DNA from: the human T2T-CHM13v2.0 reference genome, Homo sapiens
Assembly (NCBI RefSeq): GCF_009914755.1
Contig: NC_060948.1
Reading direction: 5' to 3' (one strand)
Length of the DNA: 64,000 nucleotides
The notes beneath the pieces are model-generated. The model saw nothing but the letters and a program-made list of their open reading frames with translations. It searched no databases and was not told the DNA's origin. Below, piece after piece: positions 55,736 through 64,000 of this stretch (positions are counted from its first letter, which is position 1; every line of letters begins with the position of its first letter). A program made the translations under genes and the position numbers.

Positions 55736-56529
55736 TCAATTTACTTTTGGATTCAAAGCAGAAAAATATAGTGGAAATGTGTATAAGATAGTTTCTTGAT
55801 TTTTTAACTAATTTTTCTATTTAAGCCTAGGAAGAGAAAAAGGAGCATTTTATTTTATAGTTAATAAACTAAAACATACATTTTTCTTAACTAGAAAGGC
55901 AGAAACTAAGTTGAGAAGTCCTGTGCACAGTATCATTTTCAAGCGTATATCTGATGAAAAAAATATTGAAAGGAACACAAACAACTGTTACCTGAAGTGT
56001 ATAACATATTGGTAAATGTTTTTGATCCTTCCATGAGGAAGGGACAATGGAGTAGATAACCTCCATACAACTGTGGGAAAACACCCACTGCTCTTTATTT
56101 TGGGAAGCTACTTTCTGAATGCAAACACAAAAGAAAAGTAAAATAAATTAAGCAACTCATCCACATACAGCTAAGATGAAAACATGTAGTATATAGTTTG
56201 TAGATGACAGTGTCAAATGTGAAGTCAATCACTACCAGAAGAGAAGAGAGCCAGCTAACTATATCAGGGAAGAAAAACTGGATAAGCAAGATGTCTGAAA
56301 AGCACTGTGGGCTACAAACTATAATAGACTCAGTGAGGTTAAGTGTAGTTTTTCAGGTCCTGGACTTGGCTTCAGAACTCAACTGTACAAGATGGGAAGT
56401 AGTGGCTTACCAGTAATACATTCAAATAAGACTTGGGAGTTTGAGTAGATAGTTAATATAAATCAATTAGGAGTTAAAAATCATATAATCTTAGGCACAT
56501 ATACACTGAAATATGATAACTGTAATAGG

Positions 56530-56725
56530 AGAAATTCTAGTTCCACTCCACTGAGTGCAGTTACAGGTAAATTACTTAATTTCCATATGCCTCAATTTCC
56601 TCATTGTCCAAATGGGGATTCAAATTCCACACTCCTTGTCATGTTGTAAGGATTAAATTAATTAATACAAGTAAAGTACTTGGCAAAGTACTTGATACTC
56701 AATAAAGGCTAGCTACCATTATTAT
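56530..56725 (+). mobile_element. MIR
   Basis: aaattacttaat..gcctcaatttcctcattgtccaaatgggg..gtaaggattaaat. Confidence 0.7.
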
Positions 56726-56789
56726 TAGTTATTATTATTATTCAGATCACCCTAAGACACTGAACTCAGTGATACATTTTTTAAAAAGG

Positions 56790-57235
56790 GATAAACTAGT
56801 AAGCATTCAACAGACTGTGATCACAAAGTGACTGAAAAGACCCTCAGAATCTCAACATATAAGGATAACTTATGGGAACCAGCATGTTTAACATGAAGAA
56901 AAGATGACTTCAATTATTATATAAACTGTTACTACGTATCAGTTTATATACGTGGCTGTTACGTGGAAGAGGAGGTAAATTTGTTCTCTAAGGCTGGAGA
57001 CAGAGGGTAGAAAATACAGGGAGACAAGATCTGGTTTAATACAAGCAAGGCTGTTATAATCAACAGAATTATCTACAGATGGAGTGGAGTGTCTCAGGAG
57101 GCAGACAGTTGAAGTTGAATATTTGGCTAAGATTTTGAAGACAAGGTTTACACATCAGGTGGTTGGGTAGGACTAAATGACAGCTAGAATTCTGTTCTTT
57201 CCAGACATGAGTTCCTGTAATTCCATTACAGTTCT
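56790..57235 (+). mobile_element. L3/CR1 LINE 3' remnant
   Basis: gcatgtttaacatgaagaaaagatgact...ggactaaatgac CR1-like 3' end. Confidence 0.5.
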
Positions 57236-57498
57236 CAAAGCACACTTTGGTGGTCAAGCCAGTCTAGTATCATTGACCCTAAAATTTGTCTGGGGGAAGA
57301 AGCTTGCCATTATCACACAACTATTAGCAGTTTTCAATGTAACATTGTGATGATGACTAACCAAATTAACTAAAGAGCAAAATACTGAAGATGACAGAAT
57401 ACAGCAATCCACAGGGGGAAGAAAAAGATCACAAACGTAGACAAAGCTGCCCAACCTCCTCCAAGGATCAGAGAAATGCACACTGAAAATATTATTTT

Positions 57499-57812
57499 GG
57501 CTGGACATGGTGGCTAATGCCTGTAATCCCAACACTTTGTGAGGCAGAGGCAGGCAGATCACCTGAGGTCGGCAGTTTGAGACCAGCCTGACCAACATGG
57601 AGAAACACCATCTGTATGAAAAATACAAAGTTAGCCGGGTGTGGTGGTGCATGCCTGTAATCCCAGCTACTTAGGAGGATGAGGCAGGAGAATTGCTTGA
57701 ATCCAGGATGTGAAGGTTGTGTTGAACCGAGAAGGCACCATTGCATTCCAGCCTGGGCAAAAAGAGTGAGACTCCTTCTCAAAAAAAAAAAAAAGAAAAG
57801 AAAAGAAAAAAG
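57499..57812 (+). mobile_element. Alu (Sp/Sq-like)
   Basis: accaacatggagaaac diagnostic; A tail. Confidence 0.9.
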
Positions 57813-57871
57813 AAAATAACAATTTAATTGCTAATGTTTTCAAAATTAGATGATATTAAAGCTGAAGAAAA

Positions 57872-58176
57872 GGCTGGGCACAGTGGCTCACTCCTGTACT
57901 CCCAAGCACTTTCAGAGGCTGAGATGGGTGGATCACCTGAGGTCCAGAGTTAAAGACCAGCCTGGCCAACATCTTGAAATCCCATCTCTACTAAAAATAC
58001 AAAAATTAGCTGAGCATGGTGGTGGATGCCTGCAATCTCAGCTACTCAGGAGGCTGAAGCAGGAGAATTGCTTAAATCTGGGAGGCGGGGAGATTGCAGT
58101 GAGCCAAGGTTGTGCCATTACACTTCAGCCTGGGCAACAGAGCAAGACACCGTATCAAAACAAAAAAGAAAAAAAA
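57872..58176 (+). mobile_element. Alu (S-like)
   Basis: Alu dimer. Confidence 0.9.
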
Positions 58177-58984
58177 TGTCAAGAAGTTAGATGTACAAAC
58201 TAAGTTCTTAGAGGTACAAAGTGGGAGCTGAGCTTTCTTGACTGCGTGAGATCCAGTAAGCCAGGAGGAAACAGTTTCGGAAGTTCTTGAATGTCTATTT
58301 CAATCCCTCTTTCATCTTGGAGGTCCTATGAGAGTTATAAATGCCAGTCTGTGTTAGAATCCAGAGAATGGCAAGCTAGGAATCATTTCATGGAGAAGCA
58401 GATGTAACAGGTGGAGTACTACATATGTGGTTTAATACTTCAGTCCTCTGAGAGGAGCTGTGAAATAACAGTTCCCTATTCATTCAAGGGCACTGTATCA
58501 GACATAAACTCTAGAAAAAAATTATTATTCAATTTTTCTTACCTCTTTTAAGTGAGTATTTTCATAATTCTACGTGTGTATCTTAACTGGTTTCTGCGTT
58601 TGTCTCACAGGAAATTGATGTGGTTGTGGCTTTTTATTTGTTGCATTTTTGTGTGGAGGAACAAATTAGAGCCTCCTATTTTGTCACCTTGTGGATATAC
58701 CCTTTATTATTATTTTTTTACTTATTTAAAAAAATTTGTACGCAACAGTTGTAGATACTTTCGGCAATATCATGCGATATTTTGATACAAGTAATGTGTA
58801 TTGGTAAGGAAGGGATCAAAGAGGGATTGGGGGTGGGTTAAATTATGGCTGCTTAGAAGGAATGAGGTCTAGTGTTCAGCAGCATAGGATGACTACATTT
58901 AACAATGACTTATTGTATATTTCAAAAGAATTAAAAGAGTGAAGATGGAATGTCACTCATACCAACAAATGATATGCCACTCTC

Positions 58985-59282
58985 AGAGGCTCACAACTAT
59001 AATCACAACATTTTGGGAGGCCAAGGAAGGAGGATCACTTAAGCCTGGAAGTTTCAGACCGGCCTGAACAATATATCCGAAGCATTGTCCCTACCACACA
59101 CACACACACAAACACAAAAGCTGGGCTCAGTGATGTGTGCCTGTAATTCCAGCTACTTGGGAGGTTGAAATGGAAGGCTCACACATTTCAACACAGGAGT
59201 TCAAGGCTGCAGCGAGCTACGATGGTGACACTGCAGTCCAGGTTGGACAACATAGTGAAACCCTGTCTCTAAAAATAATAAA
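58985..59282 (+). mobile_element. Diverged Alu (J-like) within L1MA remnants
   Basis: ttttgggaggccaagg..; TSD-like aaatgata on both sides. Confidence 0.8.
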
Positions 59283-59344
59283 GAAATGATAAGTGCTTAA
59301 ACTGAAGGATACCAGATTATCTACATATTTGTTGATTTATATAA

Positions 59345-59628
59345 TTATTTTTGAGTTGGAGTCTTGCTCTGTCACTCAGGCTAGACTGTATATGGGCTCA
59401 CTGCAGTCTCAGGCTCCCAGGTTCAAATGATTCTCCTGTCTGAGCCTCCCAATTAGCTGTAACATACTACAGGTGTGGGCCAACATGGCTGGCTAATTTT
59501 TGTATTTTTGGTAGAGATAGGTTTCATGGTGTTGGCCAGGCTGGTCTTGAACTCCTGACCTAAAGTGATCTGCAAGCCTTGGCCTCCCAATGTGCTGCAA
59601 TTAAAGAACTAAGCCATCACACCTGGAC
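59345..59628 (-). mobile_element. Alu
   Basis: Antisense Alu. Confidence 0.85.
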
Positions 59629-60106
59629 AGTAACATACAAAAGACTAGGGAATTTATCTTTTTACTTCATCCTCACAATGCTACATTGTAGATGAATGAA
59701 AACACAACTTCATAACATGAATAACTCACTTGAAAATCAAAGTTGGTAACTTCTCCCTTTAAAATTATTTGCACCCTTACCCTATAAAAATTGATGATCT
59801 TATTAAAATTTTGCCAAGAAAATACTTTGTCCTTGCAGAATAGTCTGTTAATTGTAAGAATGATGGACTGTAAAACTTCTAGAACTTCATATATTTCATT
59901 TCTTTAGGTTGGATAATCAGAAAAATTAATTGGTTTAGTTATTTGGGTACAAATATTTTATTTTTTTTATCATTTGATGATTTATTAAACCTTTAAGCAA
60001 TCCCCTGTCTGAAACTTTAGGCTGTTGTTTTATGTTTTATATACTTCACTTTCCAAAAGTATGAGGTCTAAAACGTTCACATTCGCATCTTCAAATAAAT
60101 CTGATC

Positions 60107-60387
60107 GGCTGATAGTTGTGGCTCATGCCTATAATCCTAGCACGTTGGGAGTCTGAGGAGGTGGGTCAGGATTTCAAGAACAGCCTGGCAAACATGGTGA
60201 AATGCTGTCTGTACTAAAAATACAAAAAATTAGCCAGCTATGGTGCACACGTATCTAATACCAGTTACTCAGGACGCTGAGGCAGGAGAATAGCTTGGAC
60301 CCAGATGGCAGAGTTTGCAGTAAGCCAAAATCGAGCCACTGCACCCCAGCTTGGGCAACAAAGCTACGCTGCATCTCAAAAAAAAAT
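60107..60387 (+). mobile_element. Alu
   Basis: Alu dimer. Confidence 0.85.
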
Positions 60388-60999
60388 TGATAAAATCCCA
60401 ACTATACTAGATTATTCCTGTTTGTAAGAACTTATTGCTAAACCGTTACTTATAGTATCCATTGTCAAATCTTTCAAGAAAAAATTAACATGCATAACTC
60501 TCAAGACAAAACACATACGTTCCACTATTTAAAGTAGGAACATTTAATTTCATTATGCTATGCACTTGAGAAACTTAATTGGTTCAGTTTTGATTTAGGT
60601 TAAAAAAAAAAGTTTTCATTCCCAATATCCCCCTTCAGTCACAGAATCCTTCATGTAGAATGTTCCAGATGTCTTAAACTTTAATATCAACCACATCTAA
60701 TTATTTCCTTTGACCTGTAATATTCCTCTAAAAGATAAATGTTATATGGTGAGGCAGACAGTTGTGTAGTCCTTCTGAAGATTTCTCAAACATTTTAAGC
60801 TTGTAATTTTTTAAAGAGAAACACAGCATAATTAGAAAACTTATGCAGCTTGCAAGGGAGACATAACATATGCTTGATTTTGTATCTACTTATGTTCGAA
60901 GAAACAAAGGAATATGTTCAAAAACAACACAATTTACTCTCCTATTCAATTTGCTTTTAAGCATGTGTAGCTAAGCAGTAACATCAGGCATTTTGCATT

Positions 61000-63234
61000 A
61001 CATGTAAAATTTCTTTATGAAAATTTTAATGCAGATATTACATCTAAACAAAGAGTTTCCAAATAGCATTAACAAGTATGAAATTACTTTGAAAAAAATT
61101 CCTTTTCCTCTGAATATCTCAGAAAAATTATGGAGTAAGTATCTATGTCTCTCCACAAAACCAGCATGTTGCTTTGAGTGGTATGCAGGTAACAATGAAT
61201 AAATAACATTTCAATTTTCGATTTGCAAAGAAGGTTTGGTATGCAATAACTATTATTTTGAATACTTGCTTTAATATCTACTTCAGTCTCCTTTTTCAGA
61301 TCAGCTTCTCTTACCATCTCCTGTAGATGCCACATAACTTGAGCTACCATATGCTTCACGAGGAGCAGGGTGCACTCTATCCAGAGAAATTAGATTCCTT
61401 TGGTCTTTTCTGCCAACGTGCTCATGAAAACAGGAATAAAAATCACCACAGTGTCTTGAGTAACTCTCCGACTTCTGCTATATCTATCTCGTGTATTGTT
61501 ATAATAATGGCGGCTTCTTCCACCATAAGACATCCGAGGCCCTTGTGCAGGTGGTGCACCATGAGAGGTCCCTGCAGGGTTGATAAAATAATATGTTGGA
61601 CTACATCCAAACATTTTTACTGCTACCACTAAAGCATGAATTAGTTAAAGTACTATTTGGAAATATCTGTTTTCCTCTGCCTTTGTTGCAGGATATTAAT
61701 TATGCCTGCAATAGTCAGAAGTTTTATTTAAAAGAAGTGTAAGAGTAGCATTTTGAAGCTTAACAAATTTAATCCTAAAGTAAAGGTTGAGTCACATTTT
61801 CTGAACACGAAGTGAAGTTCTCACCTTCATATCATTTAATATGCTTTATACTGTTAACAATATTCAATATTTAATCGTTATATTTGTCCCTTATAATTTT
61901 CCTTAGAAGTTCATTAAAATAATGATCTGATCTAATAAATATAATTCTATAATTTATGAATCCATCCTGGACCCTCATCATATCTCTGAATTGTATCTCT
62001 GTAAGAACTTCCACTTGGATGTTCAGAATGATCTCTACCACGGGCCTCACCATAGCCATCCTGATCACTAAATTGGAAAAAAAAAGTTTTCTTAATGCTA
62101 GAATAAACAATTTAAGAAATCTATTTGACAAATCTGGAAAACCTTATAGTACCTATATTCTCTAGAGGAATGTTCAACCTGAATAGAATGACCATAATCA
62201 TGGTATGCATAGTCTCTAAGTGGTGGAGCATAATCCCTGGTTTCTGGGGAACTTGGATGATTTCTGTGTGCATAAGTTTAAGCTAAACAAATTTTAAATT
62301 TTCAACTTCTAGTATCCAAAACATAACTAACTTACAACTTAAACAAAATTAAAAGGCCAAACATCTAAATAGATATTTCTCCATATAAAATAGACACCTG
62401 AAAAGCACATGGAACAGATACTCATAATCAGTCATACAGAAAACGCATTTCAAATCCCAAATGAGATACCATACTTCACACACACACTGGAATGGCAATA
62501 AATTTTAAAAAGCAGGAAATAACAAGTGTTTGATAGGATGTAAATAAATTGGAACCCTGATACAATGCTAGTTGGAATGGAAAATGATGCAGCTACTATG
62601 GAGAAATGTGGTGGTTCCTCAAGAAAACAAACATAATTATCACAGGACCAAGCAATTCCACTCACATACACCCAGAATTGAATAAGCATACTCAAACAAA
62701 TATTAGTGCGTAGAAATACTGCCATGGAAACAACCCAAATAAAATAATGGGTTAACAGCTTGTGGAAGGAGTAAAGTGCTGTGATGTAAATGAATCTTCA
62801 GGACATCACAGATGTGAAAAGTGTGTAGTGTTTGAGCCCATTAACATTAAATGCTCCCAACCAGGGGTTCAGAGTTAGAACACAGATTGGTGTTTGCTAG
62901 CAGCTGAGGAAAGGGAAAAAATGGAAGGGACTGCTTAACTGGTAGTTGGAGGTTTATTTTGGAGTGATGAAAATGTTTTGGAACTCGATGGAGGTAGTTG
63001 GTGTGTGACACAGAATGTATTAAATGCCACTTAACTGTTTACCTTATAATGTTTAATTTTGTTATGTGAATTTCATCACCACAAAAACAATCAACTGTTT
63101 TTTAAAAATTTTTCCTTTACCCATCCTTAGTTGCATAACCGTCATCTCTTGGTGACATATGGTTATTTGCCAGGAAGAGATTGGCTTTCTGCATGGAGGA
63201 CCTCCATAATTCTCTCTTCCATATGATATGGGAC
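61000..63234 (-). pseudogene. RBMY: RBMY-family pseudogene, 3' part (exons 63234-63121, 62263-62153, 62067-61979, 61571-~61000); single SRGY box; tentatively RBMY3AP or an RBMY2-type copy
   Basis: Exons translate to GPISYGRENYGGPPCRKPISSW..MSPRDDGYATKDG / [36 protein letters not shown] / [29 protein letters not shown] / [63 protein letters not shown], which is the RBMY C-terminus. There are two frameshifts, in-frame TGA stops and a GT>AT donor. The canonical stop is at 61271-61273. Confidence 0.95.
62350..63085 (+). mobile_element. L1MB-like 3' remnant in an RBMY intron
   Basis: atgagataccatacttcac..ggagtgatgaaaatgttttggaact. Confidence 0.75.
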
Positions 63235-64000
63235 CTTTAATATTAAAAATGATGGAACATTATGAAAAGAACACTATTTTCTGAAACACTATTTTCTCTT
63301 CTCTCAAGCAACTTTTTAAAATTATTTCTTCTATGTCTCCATTCCTCATTCCTTAAATCGCTAGACAGTCATGATACTGTGAATATTTCTTATGGCTTTG
63401 GATAATCTCATGGCTCCTGCAAGGCCAATTCTTCTAAGGAAGCTGAAGCCAAACATTAATTCATAGGTAAAAGTTCATTTGTAATGGTTAATAACTACTT
63501 AGTTATTATTTTCCTTTTTCCTTAGTTATTATTTTCCTTTTCATATGAATTACTGATTACTACTAATGGCACATGGACAAATGTAAAACCATCAAACTCT
63601 TCACTGATTTTAAAGTTTATGTACATTGTCCTTTCTCAGCTGAAGAAGGTAAATTTTCCCTTGTTTACTTCATCTCACACACAAACACTGCCACCTTTGA
63701 ACAACTCCATGCTAAATTTTTACATAAAAGTTCTCCTTTATCTCTAAGTGGTTGGCTTTATTTTAAATGTTGACAAATTAAAATGTACTAGAGAAGATAT
63801 TCTAATGATGGCCAAGATTTATTTTATTGCAATAAGCAATTCTATTAAAGGGGAGATTACAACATTGTTGCTATTTCAAAATAGAAAAGGTTCTCCTGTA
63901 ATATACTCTTCATGTGCTATTTCTTAGAGGTCAGTCTTTCACCTATGATATGTTCACTGGCTAATTTTCCAATGGAAATATGTTGGCTTATGTATCTTGA

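Overview
This is primate genomic DNA, almost certainly human because it carries an L1HS-Ta element, and it comes from the ampliconic Y chromosome. The left end has the last four exons of a frameshifted TSPY copy on the + strand (90-1575), followed by TSPY-repeat/FAM197Y-type flanking DNA. The right end has the last four exons of a decayed RBMY copy on the - strand (about 61000-63234) with a single SRGY-box exon. The two pseudogenes are tail-to-tail about 60 kb apart. From memory this fits TSPY15P/RBMY3AP on Yp, but I could not verify that. Between them lies about 45 kb of AT-rich DNA with recognisable ancient repeats (L2, MIR, CR1, MER5) and some unidentified exon-like segments, possibly a segment transposed from another chromosome. 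The most informative structures are retrotransposons: (1) a near-full-length twin-primed L1PA with a 3.15-kb inverted 5' part and an open ORF0; (2) a full-length L1PA inside an old L1M, whose 5'UTR carries a human-specific, 5'-inverted L1HS-Ta insertion with a 169-bp 3' transduction and a 15-bp TSD; (3) a triple-nested MaLR LTR structure. Almost all ORFs in the supplied track are L1/Alu fragments or chance ORFs. I found no intact protein-coding gene and no evidence for a new biological system. Coordinates of old repeats and Alus are approximate, and subfamily names come from visual recognition.
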